In this document: one piece after another, positions 18,252-27,943 of the stretch | How positions within the stretch are numbered: the first letter of the stretch is position 1 | Layout of the letters: every line of letters starts with the position of its first letter | IMG/VR virus record: IMGVR_UViG_3300021197_001319 | Location: 1-60,226 of that record | Reading direction: 5' to 3' (one strand) | Source: a virus | Taxonomy: Duplodnaviria; Caudoviricetes | DNA length: 60,226 nucleotides | The notes under the pieces: model-generated | What the model was told of the DNA's origin: nothing | Seen by the model: only the letters and a program-made list of their open reading frames with translations | Database searches by the model: none | Program-made: the position numbers and the translations under genes

Positions 18252-20630
18252 ATGAGAAGCATTAACAACATTGCAGAAGAATTGTTTGATAAGATTCGTA
18301 GTCGTGTGGCTAACATAAAGTTGGGGAACAGTGAAGGCGTAACTACTACAGATTCAAACGAAGCGCGGTTCTTCGAGTTTCAATATAAGCACAGAGATAT
18401 GCCTATAGGCGCAGTAACTATAAGTTTAAACGAAGAAGGATTACTTCAAGTTTACTTCCCAAATAGTATGGTAGAAGATGCAGATAGTAACACTGCAAAT
18501 GCTTGGTATGGATTTTTAAAAGAACTGAGCAGATTCAGTGCAAGAAATATGTTAAACTATGAAGCGCATAATGTAACAAAAGAGAGACTTGATAAGAAAG
18601 ATTATCAGTTTTTAACACAACGTAACCAGGACGAAGTGATGGAAAACAGACTACACGGAACAAGCCAAAAAAGTTTCCTAGAAACAGGAACAGCAAAACT
18701 TATTATTAAACATAAAGGCACAGTAGACGAAACTAAGCAGGGTGCAAGAAGTCGCAACATCAGTGCTATCTACATTGAGAACAGTGAAGGCGAACGCTTC
18801 AAGTTTGCTAACAACTATCTACCTGGTGCAAGAGCAATGGCAAGACATGTGTCAAATGAAGGACACACCCGTGATGATCGCGGCATGCACATTGTTGAGA
18901 TTATGAAAGAAATGACAGATCTTAAAACATTTGTGCGTAGTGTAAAGCGTGAAGAGTATGTAAATGAAGATGCGCAGGAAGTTATTGATGCCGCAACTGA
19001 TAGATACTATGGCTTGAAAGATACACTGAAAGCAATTAGCAGTGCTAAAGGCTACGGCGACTACTTTGAAAACTGGGTACCTGGCGCAGTTGAAGTAGAC
19101 GAAAATGACATCGAAGATCTAAAACAAAAACTAACTCGTGAAGTATATGATGACAGACTCACAGATAGTTTACCTAGTGTGAGAAAAGCAATGGATCATA
19201 AAGCAAACATGGAAGCAAAGAAAGACGATGAAGAGGATTTAGATGCCCCAATTAAACCTTACTTTGATAAATCAATTGATCCTGCAGAGCCAAAAGAGAT
19301 TGAAAAGCAAACAGCAAATCTTGCTAAAGGTGCTCAGTCACTGAATGACATTGCAGACAGTAATGATAACATTGAAGTCTATAACAACGAAGCAGATATT
19401 GCTGAACTTAAAAATTACATGCAGTTTATGAAGAACAGCGATATGGAAGTAGGCAAAAAGAATCGCAGTATTCTAGTTGCCATTATGAAATACCTAGCAA
19501 ACAATATGACTAATGATGCTGCAGCAAACAGTGCAAGTGAAATTGAACTTAGCGATCCAGCACAACAAGCAGTAGCACTTAAACTTGCAAAGAAGTATTT
19601 ACAGAATAAGATAGAGGTTCTACAGCCTAAGGCTAAGAAAGATCTATATGGTAAAGACAAAACTGAAGATACTACATTTGAAGCATATGCACAGCGTATG
19701 GATATGATTGCAGAAGGCACATGGAGTTTGCCAGAAAATGAAGCAGAAGCAATGAAACTTGCAGCAATGATGGGCCAGCCTATTGCACTTGGTGATGGCG
19801 GTGATGATGCTGCAAATGCACTGGGCGGACTATTAGGTGATGATGAATTGTTTGATGACCTAGGTGTAGCAGGTGACAAAGATCCAGAAGGTGATGCCCG
19901 TCCAATTATCATAGGCTGGTTAATGGATCATGTAGATGACTATGATCAGAAGTTCCAAGAAACAATGAAGATGGCACTGGCTAAAATTCGTGCAGATGGC
20001 AATGACAGTGAAATGGTTATTCCAAGAACATTTGGTGCACAACAGGATCGCGCATACAACACAAGTAGTACACAGGGCGAGCGTATGGGCAGTAATGCAG
20101 ACGATGTAAAAGCCAATGAAGCAGAGATTGACGAAGATCCAAACGAAGGCAACGAATTCTCAGGCGCACTAGCACAGGCTAAAGAAGAAGGCAAAGATGA
20201 ATTTGAAGTTGATGGCAAAAAGTACAAAGTAAAAGAAGCAGAAGTTGAAGAAGGTCGCATGAGTGATCTAGCACAAGAGATTGATGAAGTTATTGCAGAC
20301 ATGGAAGCAGATATGGAACTATTCCCATTTACTAATGAATTCCGAAATGAAGTAATGAAGTCATATAATATTAAAGCAGCACTTGAAAAGGTACTACCAG
20401 ACTATGTTGCAGGATCTAAGATTAGAAAACTAGTAGGCGAAACAGTTGAAGAAGTTCAGGAAGTAGACGAAGTGGCGGAAAGCATTGCAAAGATGAAAGC
20501 AATGGCAGGCGTAGGGTCAACAGCGAAGAGCAACCACGGCATACACGAAGGCGAAGAAGGCTATCAAATAACACCAAGAAGTATTGTAGCAAGAGAAATG
20601 CGTAAACTACAGGATATTGAACGAGGCTAA
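18252..20630 (+). CDS. Large acidic hypothetical protein, probably structural
   Basis: 792-aa ORF; ATG 5 nt after ATAAATA (18240-18246). Confidence 0.7.
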   Translation: MRSINNIAEELFDKIRSRVANIKLGNSEGVTTTDSNEARFFEFQYKHRDMPIGAVTISLNEEGLLQVYFPNSMVEDADSNTANAWYGFLKELSRFSARNMLNYEAHNVTKERLDKKDYQFLTQRNQDEVMENRLHGTSQKSFLETGTAKLIIKHKGTVDETKQGARSRNISAIYIENSEGERFKFANNYLPGARAMARHVSNEGHTRDDRGMHIVEIMKEMTDLKTFVRSVKREEYVNEDAQEVIDAATDRYYGLKDTLKAISSAKGYGDYFENWVPGAVEVDENDIEDLKQKLTREVYDDRLTDSLPSVRKAMDHKANMEAKKDDEEDLDAPIKPYFDKSIDPAEPKEIEKQTANLAKGAQSLNDIADSNDNIEVYNNEADIAELKNYMQFMKNSDMEVGKKNRSILVAIMKYLANNMTNDAAANSASEIELSDPAQQAVALKLAKKYLQNKIEVLQPKAKKDLYGKDKTEDTTFEAYAQRMDMIAEGTWSLPENEAEAMKLAAMMGQPIALGDGGDDAANALGGLLGDDELFDDLGVAGDKDPEGDARPIIIGWLMDHVDDYDQKFQETMKMALAKIRADGNDSEMVIPRTFGAQQDRAYNTSSTQGERMGSNADDVKANEAEIDEDPNEGNEFSGALAQAKEEGKDEFEVDGKKYKVKEAEVEEGRMSDLAQEIDEVIADMEADMELFPFTNEFRNEVMKSYNIKAALEKVLPDYVAGSKIRKLVGETVEEVQEVDEVAESIAKMKAMAGVGSTAKSNHGIHEGEEGYQITPRSIVAREMRKLQDIERG

Positions 20631-20648
20631 TAATAATTAAAAAATAAG

Positions 20649-20677
20649 AAAAGCGGTGCTAGGCACTGCTTTTTTTT
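20649..20677 (+). terminator. Rho-independent terminator, possibly bidirectional
   Basis: AAAAGCGGTGC-TAG-GCACTGC followed by T8. Confidence 0.85.
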
Positions 20678-20704
20678 GACTTCATAGCCACAAACATATA
20701 TAAT
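20676..20704 (+). promoter_or_regulatory. Sigma70-type promoter
   Basis: TTGACT-N17-TATAAT; ATG follows 6 nt after the -10 box. Confidence 0.75.
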
Positions 20705-20710
20705 AGCATA

Positions 20711-21793
20711 ATGTTCTTTTACTTAGGAAAAACCTTTCAAGATAATCTACCCGTTCATACCCAGTTAGATAATGGTCTGTGTCTGAGTACAGACCCTGGC
20801 TGGCAAAACTACGACAACGTAATATACAAAGGACTGTCAGTAAACTACTGTAAGTTTATATGTGATAAAGAACTTGTTAAAATAGAGCATGACGCAACAC
20901 GCGGATTTCCGTTATACTATGATGATGATGGAATTACTAATCTAGAAAAATTACCTAATCAACTATGGGCTAGTCAAACTAACGTTCAAGTTGACGGTAG
21001 GATGCAGATTACTAGTGATCACAATAAAATTGTATTTCAAAAACAGGATATTACAGACAGCAAAATTGTTGATGCTATACACCACAGGCTATGCAATCAC
21101 TTTGAGGAATTTGTAAAAACAAACAAACTTCCTATTAAGGTATTTCTTAGTGGGGGTATAGATAGTTTGTTGATGTGGGCATACCTAGACCACTATACCA
21201 AGGACTATGAACTAGTTGACTATGAGTACTTAAAGTACGACGAGTTTTATGTTACAAATCAAAAATATATTGTACAAAATTATTGGGCATATAGGCAAAT
21301 ACATTACTGGAACGAGCCCTGTGTACTAGTATCAGGAGGACACGGAGACGAGTATCTAATGCGAGGTCCTTATACTAGTAGTAAACTACTTGCAAGCATG
21401 GGTATAGACATACTAGCAGAAGTTAAACCTGAACATTACATGTATATGTACCTTAATAAACCGGACAATATAAAGACTATAGAAAACAGTGTATCAACTA
21501 TCAAATCGGATTGTCATACACAAATACTAGACTGGTTAGCAAACGATCATCAACACTGGCATTTAGGTGAGACACTTACCTTTACGCCATACAAAGACTT
21601 AGAGATACTACGTTTAGCAATGCAAAGTAGTCCAGAACAACTACTAGCACAAGCAATAGATGCAAGTGTATCAAAAGAACTTGTGCGTAAACTGGATCCT
21701 CGTAAGTTAGATTTACTAGCAAAATACAAAAATGAAAGTGGTCCAGATTGTGGATGCATAGTTCACAAAATACGAAAAAACTTATTGACATGA
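20711..21793 (+). CDS. Asparagine synthetase-like ATP pyrophosphatase
   Basis: FLSGGIDS PP-loop and SGGHGDE; no N-terminal Cys. Confidence 0.75.
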   Translation: MFFYLGKTFQDNLPVHTQLDNGLCLSTDPGWQNYDNVIYKGLSVNYCKFICDKELVKIEHDATRGFPLYYDDDGITNLEKLPNQLWASQTNVQVDGRMQITSDHNKIVFQKQDITDSKIVDAIHHRLCNHFEEFVKTNKLPIKVFLSGGIDSLLMWAYLDHYTKDYELVDYEYLKYDEFYVTNQKYIVQNYWAYRQIHYWNEPCVLVSGGHGDEYLMRGPYTSSKLLASMGIDILAEVKPEHYMYMYLNKPDNIKTIENSVSTIKSDCHTQILDWLANDHQHWHLGETLTFTPYKDLEILRLAMQSSPEQLLAQAIDASVSKELVRKLDPRKLDLLAKYKNESGPDCGCIVHKIRKNLLT

Positions 21794-21813
21794 TAAATAA
21801 AAGCGCATATACT
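21785..21813 (+). promoter_or_regulatory. Sigma70 promoter with nested late box upstream of gene 32
   Basis: TTGACA-N17-TATACT with ATAAATA at 21793-21799. Confidence 0.8.
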
Positions 21814-21881
21814 ATACAATATTATAGTATGTGAATAGGCACATACAAGGCTAAAATATAGGCACATTTAAGGAGAAAATA

Positions 21882-22874
21882 ATGGCAACATCTTTGGCAG
21901 AAATTAGAGCAAAACTAAAATCACAAGAATCACGCAGTGAGCGTACAGGCGGCGGCGACAACGCAATCTTCCCACATTGGAATATACCAGAAGGTACAAC
22001 GACAGCAGTTCGATTCCTTCCGGATAACGATCCTAACAACACATTCTTTTGGGCTGAAAGGCTTATGATTCGTTTACCATTTAATGGTATTAAGAATGAT
22101 ATGAATAGCAAGCCAGTGGTAGTACAAGTACCATGTGTTGAGATGTGGAATGAGACCTGTCCAATCCTAACTGAAGTGCGTGGTTGGTTCAAAGATTCCA
22201 GTCTAGAGGAAATGGGTCGCAAGTATTGGAAGAAGCGTAGTTATATCTTCCAGGGCTTTGTGACTGAGAATACTCTACAAGAAGACGCACCTGCTAATCC
22301 AATTCGCAGGTTTGTAATCTCACCAAGTATCTTTAACTTGATTAAGGATGCACTTATGGATCCGGATATCCAGGAAATGCCCACAGATTACACACAGGGT
22401 TTGGACTTCCGTATTACAAAAACTACTAAAGGACAGTATGCAGACTATAGCACAAGTAAGTGGGCTCGCAAAGAGACTGCTCTTACTGAGGCACAAATGG
22501 CTGCTATTGAGACACATGGTCTTAATACACTGTCTGACTATCTTCCTAAAAAACCTACTGAAGTAGAATTGCAGTGCATTAAAGAGATGTTCGAAGCAAG
22601 TGTAGATGGACAGCCCTATGACGTTGAGCGTTGGGGGCAGTATTACCGTCCATATGGAGTTGACGCTCCTGCAGGATCCTCATCCTCAAGTACGTCTACT
22701 GCAACAGCGGCAACGCCAGCAACACCTGCTCCGGCAGCAACTCCAACACCTGTAGCAGAGGCTCCTGTTCCTGCACCACAAACTGAAACTGTGGCAGCAC
22801 CAGCGGCAGCACCTGAAGGTGAAAGCAAGCGGGCAGAAGACATCCTAGCGATGATCCGTAACCGCCAATCATAA
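21882..22874 (+). CDS. gp32: Single-stranded DNA-binding protein
   Basis: AVRFLP...CVEMWNETCP...YWKKRSY...GLDFRITK...ADYSTSKW; Ala/Pro-rich linker. Confidence 0.9.
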   Translation: MATSLAEIRAKLKSQESRSERTGGGDNAIFPHWNIPEGTTTAVRFLPDNDPNNTFFWAERLMIRLPFNGIKNDMNSKPVVVQVPCVEMWNETCPILTEVRGWFKDSSLEEMGRKYWKKRSYIFQGFVTENTLQEDAPANPIRRFVISPSIFNLIKDALMDPDIQEMPTDYTQGLDFRITKTTKGQYADYSTSKWARKETALTEAQMAAIETHGLNTLSDYLPKKPTEVELQCIKEMFEASVDGQPYDVERWGQYYRPYGVDAPAGSSSSSTSTATAATPATPAPAATPTPVAEAPVPAPQTETVAAPAAAPEGESKRAEDILAMIRNRQS

Positions 22875-22880
22875 GGCACA

Positions 22881-22904
22881 GAGGGCGGCAGCAATGTCGC
22901 CCTC
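22881..22904 (+). terminator. Stem-loop after gene 32 (weak terminator or mRNA stabiliser)
   Basis: GAGGGCGGCA-GCAA-TGTCGCCCTC with a poor U-tract. Confidence 0.65.
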
Positions 22905-22912
22905 ATTCTTAG

Positions 22913-23479
22913 ATGATACATTACAATAAAGAATTAGTATATCCGAGACTATGTACAGTTATTGAATTACCTGTGCATAGTTTCGTGTATCCTATTTTTA
23001 AGAATGCTAGTAGTAGCATTGAAGAATTAGGCGTTGCTACACATATTGTAAACAAAAATTTTAATAAGACCACACAAAATATTACAGTCTACTGGCGCGA
23101 AGCACAAAAAAGATTCAACAGTGGAGTAAATACATTTTTACAACATAATAGCAATTTAGACGAAGATACACTAGTATACCTTATAGAGCGTGGCGAACTT
23201 GTTAACAGACATTTTATGCCACAGTATATGTGGTTGTGCCATTTATATAAAAGTTATACTGGATTAATCAACATACAAAGTTTAGACGATCTTAAAATTA
23301 ACGTACACAAGAATGCCAGCACTAGATACTATGATTTCATTGCACCATCACACTGGATAGATTTAGATAACACAATTTTCAATTATTTTGCAAATACCAC
23401 AACTAGCATATCTGAAATTAACAAATACATACAAGATAAACACAAGGTTCTATATAAAAAATGCATTGCCCAAGAATAG
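22913..23479 (+). CDS. Sulfotransferase-like protein
   Basis: PIFKNASSS (PAPS-binding-like), RFNSG, NRHFMPQ. Confidence 0.55.
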   Translation: MIHYNKELVYPRLCTVIELPVHSFVYPIFKNASSSIEELGVATHIVNKNFNKTTQNITVYWREAQKRFNSGVNTFLQHNSNLDEDTLVYLIERGELVNRHFMPQYMWLCHLYKSYTGLINIQSLDDLKINVHKNASTRYYDFIAPSHWIDLDNTIFNYFANTTTSISEINKYIQDKHKVLYKKCIAQE

Positions 23480-24432
23480 GTCACTACGCAAGACTTAATA
23501 GTAACGGTACTATTGGGTGCTGTGGACATATGGTTGATGCACAAGAATATGCAACATTTAGACAAATGGAAAACAGTGCCTGGCAGCAATGGCTAAAGTG
23601 GCAAATGGAACAAGAAGGTAAGTGGCCCAAGGAATGTGTGCGTTGTAAACAAACAGAAGAACTTAATGGTACAAGTATAAGACTTAACAGTATAAAACGC
23701 GATAAAATATTGCGTAAGTTTGATGAAAAATATCTACAACTAGGTGGAACACTGGACAATTATTGCAATAGTGCTTGTGTTACCTGCAGTCCTAACCTAA
23801 GCACTAAAATAGGCAACCTTAAGAAACAACTTGTAGTAAAAGATAACTATGAACTTTATAAAACACTGCCATTGGATAGAGTAGTTGAAATAGACATCAA
23901 TGGTGGAGAGCCAAGCATAAGCAAAAACTATGGTGATCTTTTAAGTAATCTTCCTAGTAGTGTACGCATTGTGCGCATTAATACAAATGCGTGTGTAAGA
24001 ATTAAACAAGTACGGCAGTTGTTAGATAAGGATGTAGCAGTAATAGTTACTGTTAGTTTTGATGGCATTGGACCTGTGCATGATTATGTCAGGTATCCTG
24101 TTAAATGGCAACAGTTTGAAAATAACTTGTTATACTACAAGGAACTAGCAACACAGTATAACAAGTTAACACTTGACACATGGACTACTGTAAGTTGTCT
24201 CAATGTACAACAACTTGAGTTACTACAAAAATACTGCCTGGATTTGGGTATACGACATGAGTTTGCATTTTTGAACAAGCCTGAACCTCTTAATGTTAAG
24301 TATACAAATTGGTTCACTAAAGAAGTTGATATGGCGGGTGTGGCAACTCACAGGGATAACACACAAGAACTAGAGGCTTTTCTTGGATTAGAGGAAGCAT
24401 GTAGGAACGATATAGAAAGATTTTGGGTATGA
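23461..24432 (+). CDS. Radical SAM protein with N-terminal SPASM/twitch-type Cys cluster
   Basis: CNSACVTC, GGEP, N-terminal C..CC..CxxC. Confidence 0.85.
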   Translation: MHCPRIGHYARLNSNGTIGCCGHMVDAQEYATFRQMENSAWQQWLKWQMEQEGKWPKECVRCKQTEELNGTSIRLNSIKRDKILRKFDEKYLQLGGTLDNYCNSACVTCSPNLSTKIGNLKKQLVVKDNYELYKTLPLDRVVEIDINGGEPSISKNYGDLLSNLPSSVRIVRINTNACVRIKQVRQLLDKDVAVIVTVSFDGIGPVHDYVRYPVKWQQFENNLLYYKELATQYNKLTLDTWTTVSCLNVQQLELLQKYCLDLGIRHEFAFLNKPEPLNVKYTNWFTKEVDMAGVATHRDNTQELEAFLGLEEACRNDIERFWV

Positions 24433-24944
24433 AAGTAGCAATTACTGGGCATACTGCTGGCATAGGACAAGCATTTGCAACTTGGTTCGCAGATCAAGGA
24501 CATGAAGTAGTAGGATTAAGCAGGCGCACAGGACGTAACATTAGAAGTATACCCAAGTGTGTGGGCGATATAGTAGACTGCGATATGTTTATAAACAATG
24601 CACAAGCAGGATTTGCACAAACGGAGTTACTATATAAAGTATGGCATCAATGGCACAGCGAACCAAAACTAATTTGGCTTATAGGAAGCATTATGAGTAC
24701 ACAGTATGCTACAGATTTTGAAATGCAGGAATACCAGTTACAAAAACAGACAATTGATCGTGCATACTATAATTTAAAAAATACACCCAGTAAATGCAAT
24801 CTCATGTTAATACGCCCTGGCAAAGTTGATACACAAAACGAGGGAGGCGCAGACGTCAATACATGGGTAAACACAGTATGTGAGTATTGGCAAATCGCAC
24901 AACAAAGAAATTTAAGTTTGCAGGAAATTAGTCTTGGATCCTAA
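24429..24944 (+). CDS. Short-chain dehydrogenase/reductase
   Basis: TGHTAGIG, FINNA, YQLQK. Confidence 0.85.
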   Translation: MKVAITGHTAGIGQAFATWFADQGHEVVGLSRRTGRNIRSIPKCVGDIVDCDMFINNAQAGFAQTELLYKVWHQWHSEPKLIWLIGSIMSTQYATDFEMQEYQLQKQTIDRAYYNLKNTPSKCNLMLIRPGKVDTQNEGGADVNTWVNTVCEYWQIAQQRNLSLQEISLGS

Positions 24945-26061
24945 ACGTGCAATAAACGGAACGTTTTGTCCTGTGCCATGGACTGGATTTATAATGAACC
25001 CAGATGGTGAAATAAAAAACTGCGTAATAAGTGAAGAAAAACTGGGTAATATAAATGATACTGATATCCAGGATATACTAGGAGGTCAAGCAAATACACA
25101 AGTAAAAACGTGTATGAACGAAGATAAACAACACAGCGGGTGCATAAATTGTTATAAAAATGAACAAGGCACTACAGGACTTAAAAACGTTCGCAGTGAC
25201 AGATACTATTACTTGAAATCGCTTAGTAAAGTGCCCTATACAGCATATGACACAATGGATACAACACTAAGCACAGTGGACATGCGTTGGCGTAATACAT
25301 GTAACCTTGCTTGTGTATATTGTGGTCCAACACTTAGCAGTACATGGGCAAAAGAACTTGGTGTTGAAATAGGTGTAGATGAACAACAACTAGATAAAAC
25401 TAAACAGTATGTGCTAGACAATGCACCAAACTTAAAAAATGTTTATCTAGCCGGCGGCGAACCACTGTTAATGAAAGAGAACAGTGAACTTCTGGATAGA
25501 CTAGATCCAAGTTGTACAGTGCGTATTAACACTAATTTAAGCAATATTAAAGGCCCTGTGTTTGAACGTGCAAGTAAGTTTAAGGATGTACACTGGACAA
25601 TTAGTGTCGAAACAATGGGTGCAGAGTTCGAATACATACGCTATGGTGCAGTTTGGGATACCTTCTTAGAAAATTTAGAAGCAGTAAAGCAGTTGGATCA
25701 TAAGATTAGTTTTAACATGTTGTGGTTTATCCTTAATCCATACAGTGTATTTGATACAGTGGACTACTTCAAAGCACTGGGATATAGCGAAAACAGTTTT
25801 GTAATAGGTGCCCTAACAAGCCCACTAGCATTTGATGTAAGAAACTGTAATACTAAGACACTACAAGATTTACAAAGTTATTTAAAAGTGCGTATACAAG
25901 GGGCAAACAGAGACTATTTTTTACATAATAGTTATGTCAACATGCTGAAACACTTGGATGAAAAATTTGATAAACAGAATAGTAAACAACAATTAGAAGA
26001 ACTGGATACACGTCGTGGACAAAACTATAAAAATGTGTTTGACATAGACAAGTATCTGTAA
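24934..26061 (+). CDS. Radical SAM protein with N-terminal SPASM/twitch domain
   Basis: FCPVPW, CINC, CNLACVYC, GGEPLL. Confidence 0.9.
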   Translation: MDPKRAINGTFCPVPWTGFIMNPDGEIKNCVISEEKLGNINDTDIQDILGGQANTQVKTCMNEDKQHSGCINCYKNEQGTTGLKNVRSDRYYYLKSLSKVPYTAYDTMDTTLSTVDMRWRNTCNLACVYCGPTLSSTWAKELGVEIGVDEQQLDKTKQYVLDNAPNLKNVYLAGGEPLLMKENSELLDRLDPSCTVRINTNLSNIKGPVFERASKFKDVHWTISVETMGAEFEYIRYGAVWDTFLENLEAVKQLDHKISFNMLWFILNPYSVFDTVDYFKALGYSENSFVIGALTSPLAFDVRNCNTKTLQDLQSYLKVRIQGANRDYFLHNSYVNMLKHLDEKFDKQNSKQQLEELDTRRGQNYKNVFDIDKYL

Positions 26062-26095
26062 TATAATATAAGAACTAGGCACATAGGAGATAAAC

Positions 26096-27217
26096 ATGGC
26101 GAAGCCATTTGACGTAAGTAAATTTAGAAAAGACATTACAAAAAGTATTGATGGATTAAGCATTGGCTTTCACGATCCAACAGATTGGATAAGCACAGGT
26201 AGTTATGCACTTAACTATCTTGTAAGTGGAGACTTTCATCGTGGAGTACCAATGGGCAAAGTTACAGTGTTTGCTGGAGAGTCTGGTGCAGGTAAAAGTT
26301 ACTTTGCTAGTGGAAACATTGTAAAAAATGCACAAGATCAAGGAATCTTTGTTGTGCTTATTGATAGTGAGAATGCACTAGATGAAAGTTGGTTGCATGC
26401 ACTGGGTGTTGACACAGATGAAAGCAAATTGCTTAAACTAAGCATGTCAATGATTGATGATGTTGCTAAAACTATTAGTTTGTTTATGGCAGATTACAAA
26501 GCAATGGCAGAAGAAGAACGACCAAAGGTATTGTTTGTACTTGATAGTTTGGGCATGATGATGACACCTACAGATGTTGACCAATTTAACAAAGGTGACA
26601 TGAAAGGTGATATGGGGCGTAAGCCCAAAGCACTGACTGCACTTGTGCGTAACACTGTTAACATGATTGGTAGTTACAACGTTGGTATGGTGTGTACTAA
26701 CCATACATATGCAAGTCAGGACATGTTTGATCCAGATGACAAGATCAGTGGTGGTCAAGGCTTTATCTATGCAAGTAGTATTGTTATTGCAATGCGCAAA
26801 CTTAAACTAAAAGAAGATGAAGCAGGAAATAAAACTAGCACAGTACAAGGTATTCGTGCTGCATGTAAAGTAATGAAAACACGCTATAGCAAGCCATTTG
26901 AAGCAGTACAGGTTAAGATTCCATATGAGACAGGCATGGATCCATACAGTGGATTGCTTGACTTATTTGAAGCAAAGGGTATGCTTACTAAACAGGGTAA
27001 CCGTTTAAAGTATACAACTACTGCAGGTGAAGAAATGCTGGAGTTCCGCAAGGGCTGGACAGGTGAAAAACTGCAAGTAATTATGGACGACATTAGCAAT
27101 GCAGATGGACTAAGTATAGACGAAATCGCAGGAGCACAAACAATTACAGCACCAAATGGTGATGTCGTAAATGCACAAACAGGCGAAATACTTGAGGAAG
27201 CAGACAGTAATGAATGA
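26096..27217 (+). CDS. uvsX: RecA-like recombinase
   Basis: GESGAGKS, IDSENALD, LDSLG, NHTY, SGGQG. Confidence 0.95.
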   Translation: MAKPFDVSKFRKDITKSIDGLSIGFHDPTDWISTGSYALNYLVSGDFHRGVPMGKVTVFAGESGAGKSYFASGNIVKNAQDQGIFVVLIDSENALDESWLHALGVDTDESKLLKLSMSMIDDVAKTISLFMADYKAMAEEERPKVLFVLDSLGMMMTPTDVDQFNKGDMKGDMGRKPKALTALVRNTVNMIGSYNVGMVCTNHTYASQDMFDPDDKISGGQGFIYASSIVIAMRKLKLKEDEAGNKTSTVQGIRAACKVMKTRYSKPFEAVQVKIPYETGMDPYSGLLDLFEAKGMLTKQGNRLKYTTTAGEEMLEFRKGWTGEKLQVIMDDISNADGLSIDEIAGAQTITAPNGDVVNAQTGEILEEADSNE

Positions 27218-27434
27218 AGAAATAGTAAAGACAGTTTATGCTATTCTGAAACAGTATATACCTAGTAAAGATATGCAACAGGCATGTGATCATCTAGTGG
27301 ATGATTTGCAGGAAGTATTGGATGAAGAAGAACTTTATAGACTAGCAGGCATAGACAAGTATATCAAAGCAAGTGTTATGGATATTCTTGGTGAACCTGA
27401 AGAGGACTTCGATTACGAAGAAGAAGACTATTGA
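27210..27434 (+). CDS. Hypothetical acidic protein
   Basis: ORF between uvsX and uvsY with GAGG SD. Confidence 0.65.
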   Translation: MNEEIVKTVYAILKQYIPSKDMQQACDHLVDDLQEVLDEEELYRLAGIDKYIKASVMDILGEPEEDFDYEEEDY

Positions 27435-27892
27435 GCCAATGGTATAACAGAGTTGTAAACGACATCGGGCAGATTCCAGGATTCATTAACTATTTTGAAA
27501 GTGAACTGGAAGAAGCAAAGCGTGAATGTATAGTTAAGGGTATTGTGGAACGTAACATAACTGCATTACCGGGTATTACTGAACATCGCTTCAATCAACT
27601 ACAAGAGATTGAAGCAGTGCTTAATCACCTTAACATACAGTTGCGTAGAATCCGTCGCAAGCATTTTCAAAAGTATCTGGAAGGTTATGCTAGAGCATTG
27701 ACTAGCCGTGATGCAGAGAAGTATGTAGATGGTGAAGATGAAGTTATTGACTTTGAGACTATCATTAACGAAGTAGCACTACTGCGCAATAGGTGGCTAG
27801 GCATAATGAAAGGCTTGGATACCAAGCAGTGGCAAATGGGACATGTTGTTAGACTTAGGACAGCAGGTATGGAAGATATTAGAATAGACTAA
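27431..27892 (+). CDS. uvsY: Recombination mediator
   Basis: Helical protein with YVDGE..V...GIMKGLDTKQW..GHVVRLRTAG; follows uvsX. Confidence 0.75.
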   Translation: MSQWYNRVVNDIGQIPGFINYFESELEEAKRECIVKGIVERNITALPGITEHRFNQLQEIEAVLNHLNIQLRRIRRKHFQKYLEGYARALTSRDAEKYVDGEDEVIDFETIINEVALLRNRWLGIMKGLDTKQWQMGHVVRLRTAGMEDIRID

Positions 27893-27897
27893 GTCAC

Positions 27898-27926
27898 AAA
27901 AAAAGCAGCGTTTCCGCTGCTTTTTT
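27898..27926. terminator. Bidirectional terminator between uvsY and the porin
   Basis: A7-GCAGCG-TTTC-CGCTGC-T6. Confidence 0.9.
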
Positions 27927-27943
27927 ATTATCCTAAATATAAA

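Noticed and set aside
20711-26061. Lasso peptide/RiPP cluster (Asn-synthetase-like plus rSAM-SPASM)
   Set aside because: No precursor peptide, RRE/PqqD domain, protease or exporter seen, and gene 32 interrupts the region
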